DNA from: Eubacteriales bacterium
Lineage (GTDB): Bacteria; Bacillota; Clostridia; Oscillospirales; CAG-272
DNA length: 64,000 bases
Assembly (NCBI GenBank): GCA_045587445.1
Contig: JAZNCH010000062.1
Location: 26,715 to 90,714, forward strand
Direction: 5' to 3'
How positions within the stretch are numbered: the stretch's first letter is position 1; each line of letters starts with the position of its first letter. Under the pieces are notes generated by a model that saw only the letters and a program-made list of their open reading frames with translations, had not been told where the DNA came from and made no database searches. A program made the position numbers and the translations under genes. Of this stretch, positions 55,100 through 64,000 are shown piece by piece.

Positions 55100-56821
55100 A
55101 TGGCTGATTATTTGAGCGAATACAAAAGATGGAAAGAAAATAAGTTTCTTGAAAGCGACGTTAAAGAGGCATTGAAAAAAATGGAAGGTAATGACGATGA
55201 AATAAAAATGTGGTTTTCATCTGATATATCTTTTGGTACGGCAGGTCTTCGCGGTGTTATGACTGCGGGAACTAATGCAATGAACGTTTATACCGTAAGC
55301 AGAGCGACGCAAGGAATCGCTAACCTTATAAACAGCATTGGAAAGAACGAAAGAGGCGTTGCTATTGCATATGACTGCAGAAATAATTCCGAGAGATTTG
55401 CAAAAGTAGCGGCAGAGGTTTTGGCGGCAAACGGCGTAAAAGCATATATTTTTGAGTCGCTTCGCCCCACCCCCGTGCTTTCGTTTGCATTGAGAGAATT
55501 AAAATGTATTGCGGGTATAAATATAACCGCATCTCACAACCCCGCAAAGTATAACGGATATAAGGCATATTGGGAAGACGGCGCACAGCTTGCTTCTGAA
55601 GAGGCTAATACCGTTGCTGACTATATGAAGCGTACTGATATTTTTGACGACGTAAAGAGAATTGATTTTGATTCAGCAGTTGCCGAGGGTAACATAGTTG
55701 TTATCGGCAGAGAGATTGATGAAAAATATCTTGAAAACGTAAAAAAACAGGCTATCTACCCAGAACTTTTTGACAAAGTTGCAGACGATTTGAAAATTGT
55801 ATATACCCCATTACACGGAACGGGACGTATGCTTGTTCCTGAGATTTTAAAAACCTGCGGACTTCGTCATCTCTATACGGTTGACAGTCAGATGGAACCT
55901 AACGGCAATTTTCCCGGTACTCCAAACCCTAACCCCGAGTTTCCCGAGGTGTTTGAAGAGGGCATAAAACTTGCCGAGGAGGTTAAGAGTGACCTTATAA
56001 TTGCTACGGACCCCGATGCTGACAGAGTGGGTATTATGGCACGTACCAAGCAGGGAGAGTTTAAGACTCTTTCAGGGAATCAAGTAGGCTCTTTGCTTCT
56101 TGATTACATTATTACAGCATACAAAGAAAAAGGAATTGAACTCAAACACCCCTATGCCGTAAAGACAATCGTATCTACAGAGCTTGTTACAAAGATTTGT
56201 AAAGAAAACGGTGTAAATCTTCACAATGTTCTTACCGGATTTAAGTTTATCGGCGAAGTTATAAAGAACTATGAGAATGCTGGCTATGGCGATTTTTTGC
56301 TGGGTTTTGAAGAAAGCTACGGTTATCTTAAAGGAACTTATGCAAGAGATAAGGACGCCGTTGTTGCGACAATGCTTATATGCGAAATGGCGGCGTATTA
56401 TATGCAGAAGGGTATGACACTCTATGATGCGTTAATAGCTCTCTATGAAAAGTACGGCTACTATTTTGAAGGTGTACAGAACATATATATGGAAGGACTT
56501 GACGGTAAAGCTAAAATGGACGCCTTTATGGAAACCCTTAGAAAGAATCCTCTTGAAAGTTTGGGCGGACTTAAGGTTGTATCTGTTCGCGACTATAAAG
56601 CGGGTACGATAACCGACGTTGAATCGGGCAAGACAGAGCCTACGGGACTCCCTTCGTCTAACGTGCTTTACTATGAGAATTCAAACGGCGATGTTGTTGT
56701 AGTAAGACCGTCGGGAACGGAACCGAAGCTCAAACTCTATTATCTTGTAAACGGTGAAACTGCCGAAAAAGCAAACGCCGCAATAGATGCTTGTAAAGCC
56801 ACTATGAAGCAATATTTGTGA
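55100..56821 (+). CDS. Phosphoglucomutase / phosphomannomutase family (PgcA-like)
   Basis: It has the active-site Ser loop TASHNPAKYNGYK, the Mg loop DPDADR and the sugar loop GFEESYG. Confidence 0.93.
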   Translation: MADYLSEYKRWKENKFLESDVKEALKKMEGNDDEIKMWFSSDISFGTAGLRGVMTAGTNAMNVYTVSRATQGIANLINSIGKNERGVAIAYDCRNNSERFAKVAAEVLAANGVKAYIFESLRPTPVLSFALRELKCIAGINITASHNPAKYNGYKAYWEDGAQLASEEANTVADYMKRTDIFDDVKRIDFDSAVAEGNIVVIGREIDEKYLENVKKQAIYPELFDKVADDLKIVYTPLHGTGRMLVPEILKTCGLRHLYTVDSQMEPNGNFPGTPNPNPEFPEVFEEGIKLAEEVKSDLIIATDPDADRVGIMARTKQGEFKTLSGNQVGSLLLDYIITAYKEKGIELKHPYAVKTIVSTELVTKICKENGVNLHNVLTGFKFIGEVIKNYENAGYGDFLLGFEESYGYLKGTYARDKDAVVATMLICEMAAYYMQKGMTLYDALIALYEKYGYYFEGVQNIYMEGLDGKAKMDAFMETLRKNPLESLGGLKVVSVRDYKAGTITDVESGKTEPTGLPSSNVLYYENSNGDVVVVRPSGTEPKLKLYYLVNGETAEKANAAIDACKATMKQYL

Positions 56822-56827
56822 TAAATA

Positions 56828-56874
56828 AAAAATCCTTTTCCGTTTTAAAATTACGGAAAAGGATTTTTGTTTTA
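56828..56874 (+). terminator. Rho-independent terminator
   Basis: AAAATCCTTTTCCG (56828-41) / CGGAAAAGGATTTT (56854-67), then TGTTTT. Confidence 0.85.
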
Positions 56875-57165
56875 TGCGGTGAGGACTTTGCTCTGAAACT
56901 AACAAGGGAGCGTTTTTGAAAAAACGCCCCTTAACCCCCAAAAACTTAAAAAAGCGGAGGGGAATCCCCTCCACTGTAAATTTAATATAAATTGTTCGTA
57001 CAGACCAAGTGGGGCAAGTTCTTTGCCTACTTTCTTCCTTAAAAGAAGCCCTCTCAGTCGACTCCGTCGACAGCTCCCCCGGAGTGGGAGCCTTTTAGCT
57101 TGTACAAACACGATATTCGAGGTTTCTTTGCCTACTTTCTTTCCTTAAAAGAAAGTAGGGGGATT
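56875..57165. repeat. Composite array of hairpin modules (same family)
   Basis: Hairpins lie at 56904-56932, 56957-56973, 57011-57028, 57057-57071 and 57073-57091. There are two copies of the TTCTTTGCCTACTTTCTT..AAAAGAA module, at 57019-57048 and 57123-57160. Confidence 0.8.
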
Positions 57166-57168
57166 TTC

Positions 57169-58401
57169 TCACTCAAAGGAACTGCGGAGAATGTCACCGA
57201 CTTTTACTTCAAAGGGAGTTTTTACGTAGACGTACATACCGGGGTGAGGAGCAGATTCAAGGGGCATTTTCTTTTCATCAAGTATTTGGGTTATTTCAAA
57301 ACCTCTTCCTACCGTACCGGGTGAAAGCAACTCTGCTTTGTCGCCCACTTTAAATTTATTTCTCTGTCTGAAATATGCAAGACTTGTTTCTGCATCGTAA
57401 GCCTCAGCTATAGCGTAATAGGACTGTTCACATACGTTCTTATTACCCGTGCTGATGTTCGCTTCCTCGTTAACCTTATCGTAGAAAAAGCCTGTCGAAT
57501 AATCTCTGTGGCTTACCGATTCAAGCTCGCGTTTCCAAAGCGAATTATAAATATAGTTGTCTTTATCTTTATTATAGCTGTCCATTGCCATTCTATAGGC
57601 GTTTGTAACGCAAGCCGTATAATACGCACTTCTCATTCTGCCCTCAATCTTAAAGCAGTTTATACCGCATTCCATAAGGTCAGGAATATGCACAATCATA
57701 CACATATCCTTTGAAGCCATAATGAACGTTCCCTCGTTCGTCTCGATAACGGGCATTCTCTCGTTGGGGCGTTTTTCTTCTTCGATTTCATACATCTTAT
57801 AATTCCAACGGCAAGGCTGTGAGCAAGCCCCCCTGTTTGCATCTCTTGCGTTAAGGTTGCCCGAAATAAGACATCTGCCGCTATACGATATACACATAGA
57901 ACCGTGAATAAAACATTCAAGCTCAAGCTCGGGGGATACTTTGCTTCTTATAGCTCTTATTTCGTCGAAGTTAAGTTCTCTTGCAAGAACTATACGCTTA
58001 GCTCCCATTCTGTGCCATGCGTTACAAGATGCATGGCTAACCGAATTCGCCTGAGTGGAAATATGTATTTCCATATCGGGTAATATTCTTTTTACCGTTT
58101 CAAATACGCCAATATCCGAAATAATAAGTGCGTCGATATTTGCATCTTTTATCTCGTTCAGGTATTTTTCCAACATCTCGTATTCATACCAGTGCGGCAT
58201 AGTGTTTACGGTAAGATATACCTTTTTGCCTAAAGCATGTGCATATTTTACGGCTTCATATATTTGTTCTACGCTGAAATTCGTTGCCGCAGCTCTCATA
58301 CCGAAGACGTTACCTGCCATATACACGGCATCGGCACCGTAAAGTAGGGCGCTTTTTAGTTTTTCCATATCTCCCGCAGGAGACAAAAGTTCAATACTCA
58401 T
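57169..58401 (-). CDS. U32-family peptidase (collagenase-like)
   Basis: ELLSPAG....L..A...GADAVY.. and E.FIHGSMCISYSGRCL match the U32 signature. Confidence 0.9.
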   Translation of the reverse strand: MSIELLSPAGDMEKLKSALLYGADAVYMAGNVFGMRAAATNFSVEQIYEAVKYAHALGKKVYLTVNTMPHWYEYEMLEKYLNEIKDANIDALIISDIGVFETVKRILPDMEIHISTQANSVSHASCNAWHRMGAKRIVLARELNFDEIRAIRSKVSPELELECFIHGSMCISYSGRCLISGNLNARDANRGACSQPCRWNYKMYEIEEEKRPNERMPVIETNEGTFIMASKDMCMIVHIPDLMECGINCFKIEGRMRSAYYTACVTNAYRMAMDSYNKDKDNYIYNSLWKRELESVSHRDYSTGFFYDKVNEEANISTGNKNVCEQSYYAIAEAYDAETSLAYFRQRNKFKVGDKAELLSPGTVGRGFEITQILDEKKMPLESAPHPGMYVYVKTPFEVKVGDILRSSFE

Positions 58402-58420
58402 TCTTTCACCTTAAATTTTA

Positions 58421-58447
58421 TCCCCGCGAAAACACACGCGGGGATAA
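58421..58447 (-). other. Intercistronic GC-rich hairpin between mltG and the U32 gene
   Basis: ATCCCCGCG (58421-29) / CGCGGGGAT (58439-47). No U-run follows on the minus strand, so it is more likely a processing/stability element than a terminator. Confidence 0.45.
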
Positions 58448-58456
58448 ATATCATTT

Positions 58457-59992
58457 TTAATTACCTGCAGCCGCTGCCGCGTTCTTTTCTACCTTTGCGA
58501 TATTAGCGTTATGCTCTGGCAAAGTCTTTGCATATAGCATATATCCGTCAATATCAGAAACAAAGAAATAGTATTTTTCTTGTGTCTGTTCGGGATACAA
58601 AGCGGCTCTGATTGCTTTCAAAGTGGGATTGCTTATAGGACCGGGGGGGAGACCTCCGTGCTTATATGAGTTATAGGGGCTGTCGATAAGCGTATCGTCG
58701 TGGGAAAGGTCTTCCTTACGCTCGGGTAACGCGTACTGTATGGTAGCGTCGCAGTCGAGTCTGTACATATAATATGCGCTATTGAGACGGTTGTGGATTA
58801 CAGAAGATACGATAGTATAGTCTTTCTGGTGCTTAGCTTCCATTTGGATAATAGAAGCGAGGTTTACAACGTCGTCAATACTCATACCCGCCTTTTCACA
58901 TTCCTGCTTATATTTAATATCAAATTTAGCGTAGAAGTTTGCGAGCATCTTGTCGATTATCTTTTCTTCGGGCCATTCTTTATAGAAATAATAGGTGTCG
59001 GGGTAGAGATAACCTTCAAGTCTGTATTTTCTGTCTGGGTTAACAACCTTAAGCTCTTTAAGGAACCAGTAGTCGTATACACCGTTTTGGATAGCGTCGA
59101 TAAAGCCTTCTCTCGTTCCCATACCCTTTTCTTCAACGAACAGCTTAATCATATCGTCTATCGTATATCCCTCGGGAATAGTAACCGATATTTCGGTCAT
59201 TGTAGTAGCTTTTCTTTCAACAAACGTGTAGTATAGCTGGTCAAAGTTCTGTTGGGGAGATACGGTATATACACCCGCCTTATAATTAGCGTCGTCTCTG
59301 CCTCTTATTATTGTATAGAGTACGAATATCTTGGGGAATTTAATAATCTGCTTTTCGTGAAGCTCATCGGCTATCTGGTCAAGGGTGGCGTATTCGGGAA
59401 TAACCACCTCAACCTGCGCATCTGCCTTTACAAAAGCGAATACGTCGTTTGCAACGGTTATAATAAAATAAGCTGAAAGAGCCGATATAAGCAAAACAAC
59501 GGCAATGTAAATAAGTGCTTTTGAAAGAACTGCAAGAGGATTTGCCCCCCTTGTTTTTTCTTTATAGGGCTTTATAGGCTTTTGTCTGATAGCCTTGTTT
59601 AAGTTGCTTTTCTTTCCTGTAGGCTTTCTTAAAGACGCGTCAAAAACAACTTTATCGGGTTTAATATCGGTAACGTTCGGCTGCGGGGACCTCGGTATCT
59701 GTTGAGGCTGTCTCGGAGCAGATTTGGGAGTGCTTTGAACCGATGCGCTTGGAGGAATAGGTCTGTTTTGTGCGCTTGGCTGACCTATAGGCTTTTGCTG
59801 AGTCTGGGGCTGTCTCGGTGTTGTGTTAGGCTTAGGTGTAGTCGGTTTTGTCGGTGTTTGCGGTTTATCGGCTTCTGCTCTTGCCTTGCGGTGAGCATCG
59901 AAATCGAATATCTCCATATCGTTATAAACCTTAACGTTATCCGAATTCGCGCTATTGTTTTCGTTTGTTTTTTTGATATCGTTTTCGTTCAT
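58457..59992 (-). CDS. mltG: Endolytic murein transglycosylase MltG (YceG-like) with a long Pro/Gln-rich N-terminal region
   Basis: It has a single TM helix, then the YceG domain (ASIIQMEA, GLPPGPISNP). Confidence 0.9.
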   Translation of the reverse strand: MNENDIKKTNENNSANSDNVKVYNDMEIFDFDAHRKARAEADKPQTPTKPTTPKPNTTPRQPQTQQKPIGQPSAQNRPIPPSASVQSTPKSAPRQPQQIPRSPQPNVTDIKPDKVVFDASLRKPTGKKSNLNKAIRQKPIKPYKEKTRGANPLAVLSKALIYIAVVLLISALSAYFIITVANDVFAFVKADAQVEVVIPEYATLDQIADELHEKQIIKFPKIFVLYTIIRGRDDANYKAGVYTVSPQQNFDQLYYTFVERKATTMTEISVTIPEGYTIDDMIKLFVEEKGMGTREGFIDAIQNGVYDYWFLKELKVVNPDRKYRLEGYLYPDTYYFYKEWPEEKIIDKMLANFYAKFDIKYKQECEKAGMSIDDVVNLASIIQMEAKHQKDYTIVSSVIHNRLNSAYYMYRLDCDATIQYALPERKEDLSHDDTLIDSPYNSYKHGGLPPGPISNPTLKAIRAALYPEQTQEKYYFFVSDIDGYMLYAKTLPEHNANIAKVEKNAAAAAGN

Positions 59993-60033
59993 AATTTTTT
60001 CCCTTTATAATTATCGTTTTATCGAATTTATAT

Positions 60034-60948
60034 CTAATTTAAAAACAGAGTCGTTATAAGAAAGAGCAGAACGCACGCAAGAAAGCTGGGTGAAATGAGT
60101 GCTTCAAGTATAAGCTTCGCACCACCCTCTTTTTTTGTTGCTTCTTCGGGGGATTTTTCTCCCTTTATTCCTGCATAATAGAGTATTGTCTCCGCTCCGT
60201 TAAATGATAACACAAGAAATACTATAAAAAGTGTCATAATAACGAACAAAAAGAAAATTAAACTGTTCGGAGACTTAATAACGTCCCATAAAATCGATTC
60301 AAAGAAAATAGCGTAAATATTATTTACAAAATGGAGCAAAATCGCCGCCCAAAGCGATTGCGTTATATAAACGGCGTAGGAAGCGACAACTCCGCAGAAA
60401 AAATACACAAAAAACTGATTAAGGTTAAAGTGAAGCATCGAGAACATAATTCCCGACATTATAATTGCCGTTGTTACTCCGTAGTTTGAATATTCCGACT
60501 GAATAATACCGCGAAAGATAAATTCTTCTGTAACAGCGGGAACTGCGGCAAACGCAATAACCGTATATATAATATTTGTTATTTGTGAGCCGCCGGATGG
60601 AGTAAACGTATTGTAAAGCGAATACTGCGCTTCATTTCCGAATATGTGGAATATTGCGGTATTGATAAGAGTGCTTCCGAAAACAAGAACTCCGAAGCAC
60701 GTAAATACAAACCATATCTTTCCTGCGGACATGGGTTTCAACTTTAACTTTTCTCCCTTTGTTCCCTTTAGCGTGCAGTAAAAAATACTTGGGAGAACAA
60801 ATATCAGAAGCTGAAGGATTATCAGAGTAAGGTATATGTTATCTTTAAAGCGAAGTGAATTCAAGTCAAGATATCTTGAAGAAAGAAGTAGCACGTATAT
60901 AACCAATACAAGCAGAGGCGCTGTAAAAGTATTTTTAATTTTTTGCAA
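60034..60948 (-). CDS. CPBP-family intramembrane glutamic endopeptidase (CAAX protease-like)
   Basis: Motifs EEFIFRG, FSMLHF and HFVNN are present. It has a TTG start 6 nt after a GGGAGTGA RBS and overlaps the upstream gene's stop. Confidence 0.85.
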   Translation of the reverse strand: MQKIKNTFTAPLLVLVIYVLLLSSRYLDLNSLRFKDNIYLTLIILQLLIFVLPSIFYCTLKGTKGEKLKLKPMSAGKIWFVFTCFGVLVFGSTLINTAIFHIFGNEAQYSLYNTFTPSGGSQITNIIYTVIAFAAVPAVTEEFIFRGIIQSEYSNYGVTTAIIMSGIMFSMLHFNLNQFFVYFFCGVVASYAVYITQSLWAAILLHFVNNIYAIFFESILWDVIKSPNSLIFFLFVIMTLFIVFLVLSFNGAETILYYAGIKGEKSPEEATKKEGGAKLILEALISPSFLACVLLFLITTLFLN

Positions 60949-61525
60949 AGGATATCACTCCCTTTTCTGTAATTACAAAGTCGGATTTTAAGTCGAATTT
61001 TCCGTGTGGAAGGTTGTCTAAAATATATTCGCTGTAGATAAGCCCGGCTTTTGCCCCTTTAAATTCGGAGAGAAAGCGGTCGTAATAGCCTTTTCCGTAT
61101 CCGAGTCTGTAACCTTTTTTGTCGTAGACGATAGCGGGGAGAACACATATAACGTGTTCCGTATCAGAGGGGGAAAATGTCGGCAAGTCGATTCTCGGTT
61201 CTTTTATGCCGTACATTCCTGACGAAAGTTCATTGAGCGAGGATATATAGTGGTAGACCATTTTATTATCCTCGATACATCTCGGATATGCAACCTTTTT
61301 GCCCTTTGAGAGCGCATCTTTTGCGATTTCAAGTGTGTCTATCTCGTATTTCAATGGTGAATATAACAGAATAGTATCTGCAAATCTGTACGAGCTGAGT
61401 GAAAGAAACCTTTTACAGATAGCAGAATCCATTGTTTTTCTTTCTTCCGGTGAAATAGTTTTTCTTTTTTCTTTGTAGATATTTCTTATTTCGGTTTTCA
61501 GATCTTTTATATTTACTCTGTTCAT
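60935..61525 (-). CDS. 5-formyltetrahydrofolate cyclo-ligase
   Basis: VLPAIVYDKKGYRLGYGKGYYDRFL. Confidence 0.9.
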   Translation of the reverse strand: MNRVNIKDLKTEIRNIYKEKRKTISPEERKTMDSAICKRFLSLSSYRFADTILLYSPLKYEIDTLEIAKDALSKGKKVAYPRCIEDNKMVYHYISSLNELSSGMYGIKEPRIDLPTFSPSDTEHVICVLPAIVYDKKGYRLGYGKGYYDRFLSEFKGAKAGLIYSEYILDNLPHGKFDLKSDFVITEKGVISFAKN

Positions 61526-61539
61526 TTTTTTAAAAATAA

Positions 61540-62079
61540 TTATGCAAAGATTGAGTCTTTTATTTTTTCGGCTGTTTGTTTATCTGACAATGCTTCTATT
61601 ATAGCGCATGAAAAATCAAAAGCTTTTCCCATACCCTTTGAGGTAATTATATTTCCGTCGCGGACACAGCCACAGTCAACTATTTCAGCTCCCGTGAGAT
61701 ACTGCTCAAAGCCGGGATAGCATATAGCTTTTTTGCCATTAAGAAGTCCCTTTTCACCGAGTATTCTCGGAGCCGCGCATATAGCGCATACTAATTTTTC
61801 TTCTTTTACTGCAATATCTATAAACTTTTGTACGGTGTTGTTTAATCTCAAATTATCTGCCCCCGGAAGTCCACCGGGGAGAATAACAGCGTCAATATTT
61901 TCGGGTGTAACCTCGGCTATCGTCTTGTCGGCAAATACTTCAATACCCTGAGCACCTTTTACCGAACATGTTTCATTGACAGATACAGAAGTAACTTCTA
62001 TTTTAGCACGGCGAAGCATATCAATGGGTGTTAAAGCCTCGATTTCTTCAAATCCGTCCGCAAGAAATAAATATACCAT
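61540..62079 (-). CDS. DJ-1/PfpI family protein
   Basis: It has the nucleophile-elbow context KLVCAICAAPRILG. The start is at MVYLFLADGFEEIE, after GGGAGA. Confidence 0.88.
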   Translation of the reverse strand: MVYLFLADGFEEIEALTPIDMLRRAKIEVTSVSVNETCSVKGAQGIEVFADKTIAEVTPENIDAVILPGGLPGADNLRLNNTVQKFIDIAVKEEKLVCAICAAPRILGEKGLLNGKKAICYPGFEQYLTGAEIVDCGCVRDGNIITSKGMGKAFDFSCAIIEALSDKQTAEKIKDSIFA

Positions 62080-62097
62080 AATTTTTTCTCCCACATT

Positions 62098-62760
62098 TTA
62101 TAAATTTAATGATTTTACAATGTCTGCAAATATTTCGGGGATAGTTCTTAAATTTCCGTTGTCATTGCAACAGTGTATTATATCCCAACCTAATTTTTCG
62201 CTTGAATAAAGCGCGGCTTCATAGCTGTTGATAAGATGATTGTTGTCGGCTTCGTGAATATCCTTTACTCTGCCGGTTTGCTCCGAACGGCTGTTGATAA
62301 GGGACATCGAAACCTGCGGCTTCATTTCAAGATAGATAACTCTGTCGGGGGCGGGAAGTCCGATTTTCTTAAATTCGAAATCCCACAGCCATTCGAGAAA
62401 GCCGTCCCATTTATCTTTAGGCAATTTTGAAAGCTGATGCACAGCGTTTGCCGAGGTGTATCTGTTTGCTATAATATAGGTATCCTCGTCATAGTAATCT
62501 TTCGACCAATCGGTACGGAAGCTGTAATATCTGTCCATTGAAAAAAACACTGATGCCGCGTATGCATTTGTATCTTCTGGATTTTTGCCGAGTTCGCCTT
62601 TCAAATACATATCAACAAAGGCAGAGCCCTTTCCGTCATAAGTCGGAAATGACAACATTCTTACCTTTTTACCTTTTGCTTCAAGATATTTCAAAAGCTG
62701 TTTGCTTTGAGTCTCCTTGCCTGAGCCGTCAAGCCCGTCTATAGCTATAAGCATTGCCAT
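62098..62760 (-). CDS. Thymidylate kinase family protein
   Basis: P-loop IDGLDGSGKETQ; 220 aa; AGGAGA RBS. Whether it is the canonical tmk or a paralogue cannot be told from this window. Confidence 0.75.
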   Translation of the reverse strand: MAMLIAIDGLDGSGKETQSKQLLKYLEAKGKKVRMLSFPTYDGKGSAFVDMYLKGELGKNPEDTNAYAASVFFSMDRYYSFRTDWSKDYYDEDTYIIANRYTSANAVHQLSKLPKDKWDGFLEWLWDFEFKKIGLPAPDRVIYLEMKPQVSMSLINSRSEQTGRVKDIHEADNNHLINSYEAALYSSEKLGWDIIHCCNDNGNLRTIPEIFADIVKSLNL

Positions 62761-62807
62761 AAATAATCTCCTCTGTATTCTTGAAAATAGTATATTTTAA
62801 GGGAGTG

Positions 62808-64000
62808 TTACTCTTCCTGCTTAAACGCCATTTCCATAAATTCCTGTCGGCTTATAAGAACAGTACGCGGTTTCTGACCTTCGGGAGCACTGACTATACC
62901 TTTTTGCTCCATTTTGTCAATAAGCTTTGCGGCTCTTCCGTAACCTACGGACAGTCTTCTCTGGAGAAGAGAGGTAGATATTTTGCCCGATTCGATTGCG
63001 AGCTCTACTGCGGCTCTGAACAATGGGTCTCCGTCGTCGCCGCCGTCTTCATCGCCCGAGTTACCGTTCTTGCTGTCGCCGCATCTTGCTGCCTCTTTTT
63101 CGATGCTTTCAATAACGTTTGCATCGTAGGAGCTTACGCCGCTGTTCGTCTTTATAAAGTCAATTATCTTTTCTATTTCGGATTCGCTTACAAACGCGCC
63201 CTGAACACGCGCAGGCTTTGAGAAGCCTACGGGAGCGTACAGCATATCGCCTCGACCGATAAGCTTTTCTGCGCCCGCAACGTCGATAATCGTACGTGAG
63301 TCAACCTGAGATGCCATTGTAAATGCAATACGTGAGGGGACGTTAGCTTTAATAAGACCTGTAACAACGTCAACGGAGGGTCTCTGTGTACCTATAACAA
63401 GATGCATGCCTGCGGCTCTTGCTTTCTGCGCAAGACGGCAGATAGATTCTTCAACGTCTTTGGGAGATGTCATCATAAGGTCAGCCAACTCGTCTATAAC
63501 TATTACTATTTGAGGTAAAAATTCTTTGTCGGGGTCGTCCATTGTTATTCTGTTGTAGCTTGCAACGTCTCTAACGCCTACTTCTTCGATAAGCTCAAAA
63601 CGTCTGTCCATTTCGGTAACTGCCCAGTGGAGCGAGCCTGCCGCTTTCTTGGGGTCTGTTACGACTGGAACGAGCAAGTGGGGAAGACCGTTATATATAC
63701 TGAGTTCAACTTTCTTAGGGTCGATAAGAATAAGCTTTACTTCGTCGGGAGTCGCCTTGTAAAGAAGGCTTACAATCATAGAATTGATACATACCGATTT
63801 ACCCATACCGGTAGCACCCGCGATAAGCAAGTGGGGCATTTTCGCTATGTCAAGATATATGGGTGAACCCGCAACGTCCATACCAAGACCGACTGTAACT
63901 CGGCTCTTTGCGTTTCTGAACTGCTGATTGTCAAGAAGCTCTTTGAGGTAAACTATAGAGACGTTCTTGTTTGGAACCTCAACACCTATAGCCGATTTAC
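62808..64000 (-). CDS. ftsK: DNA translocase FtsK/SpoIIIE (C-terminal motor and gamma domains; the 5' end lies beyond the window)
   Basis: Walker A is GATGMGKSV and Walker B is IVIVIDELADL. The gamma winged helix is LLQRRLSVGYGRAAKLIDKMEQKGIV. The frame stays open to position 64000. Confidence 0.93.
   Translation of the reverse strand, partial: KSAIGVEVPNKNVSIVYLKELLDNQQFRNAKSRVTVGLGMDVAGSPIYLDIAKMPHLLIAGATGMGKSVCINSMIVSLLYKATPDEVKLILIDPKKVELSIYNGLPHLLVPVVTDPKKAAGSLHWAVTEMDRRFELIEEVGVRDVASYNRITMDDPDKEFLPQIVIVIDELADLMMTSPKDVEESICRLAQKARAAGMHLVIGTQRPSVDVVTGLIKANVPSRIAFTMASQVDSRTIIDVAGAEKLIGRGDMLYAPVGFSKPARVQGAFVSESEIEKIIDFIKTNSGVSSYDANVIESIEKEAARCGDSKNGNSGDEDGGDDGDPLFRAAVELAIESGKISTSLLQRRLSVGYGRAAKLIDKMEQKGIVSAPEGQKPRTVLISRQEFMEMAFKQEE

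Noticed and set aside
13431-57165. Could the repeat arrays be CRISPR arrays?
   Set aside because: There is no single repeat of constant length alternating with unique spacers of constant length. The modules are heterogeneous, individually palindromic and irregularly spaced, and no cas genes are present in the window.
58457-59992. The Pro/Gln-rich 150-aa N-terminus of MltG as a fused foreign domain
   Set aside because: Disordered cytoplasmic extensions before the TM helix are common in Firmicute MltG/YceG proteins. There is no separate ORF or frameshift.

Overview
A 64-kb chromosomal segment from a low-GC, anaerobic, spore-forming Firmicute, probably a Clostridia relative. The gene content supports this: spoVG, abrB-like, spmA/spmB, split transketolase, pyruvate:ferredoxin oxidoreductase and anaerobic ribonucleotide reductase nrdDG. 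The core is a complete, colinear S10-spc-alpha ribosomal-protein supercluster on the + strand (36476-52184, rpsJ to rplQ, including secY, adk, map, infA, rpmJ, rpoA). Housekeeping genes surround it: polA, murC, trxA, htpG, a phosphosugar mutase, mltG, a U32 peptidase, an MTHFS gene, a tmk-like gene and a partial ftsK. There are three tRNA genes, all on the - strand: Glu-UUC, Met-CAU and Trp-CCA. I saw no rRNA, no CRISPR array, and no recognisable transposase, integrase or phage gene. The features not explained by ordinary annotation are as follows. (1) A dispersed family of modular GC-stem hairpin repeats fills at least six intergenic regions (about 1.75 kb in total). It includes a 97-nt element present twice in opposite orientations, and direct repeats that bracket a DUF559 endonuclease-like gene and a sigma/anti-sigma pair. 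(2) Two four-helix-bundle (23S rRNA IVS protein / Avd-like) genes, one intact and one decayed, each sit just downstream of tRNA genes. A peculiar two-armed array of GATGAAATC/GATTTCATC units separates the intact copy from its tRNA. (3) A 1448-aa surface protein is built from four diverged ~1-kb tandem repeats and appears to have a paralogue immediately upstream. (4) A ~260-nt structured S10-operon leader carries a terminator-like attenuator and an SD-sequestering hairpin. (5) There are several probable gene remnants. I found no convincing multi-gene protein system of an obviously new kind, and the candidates are scored accordingly.
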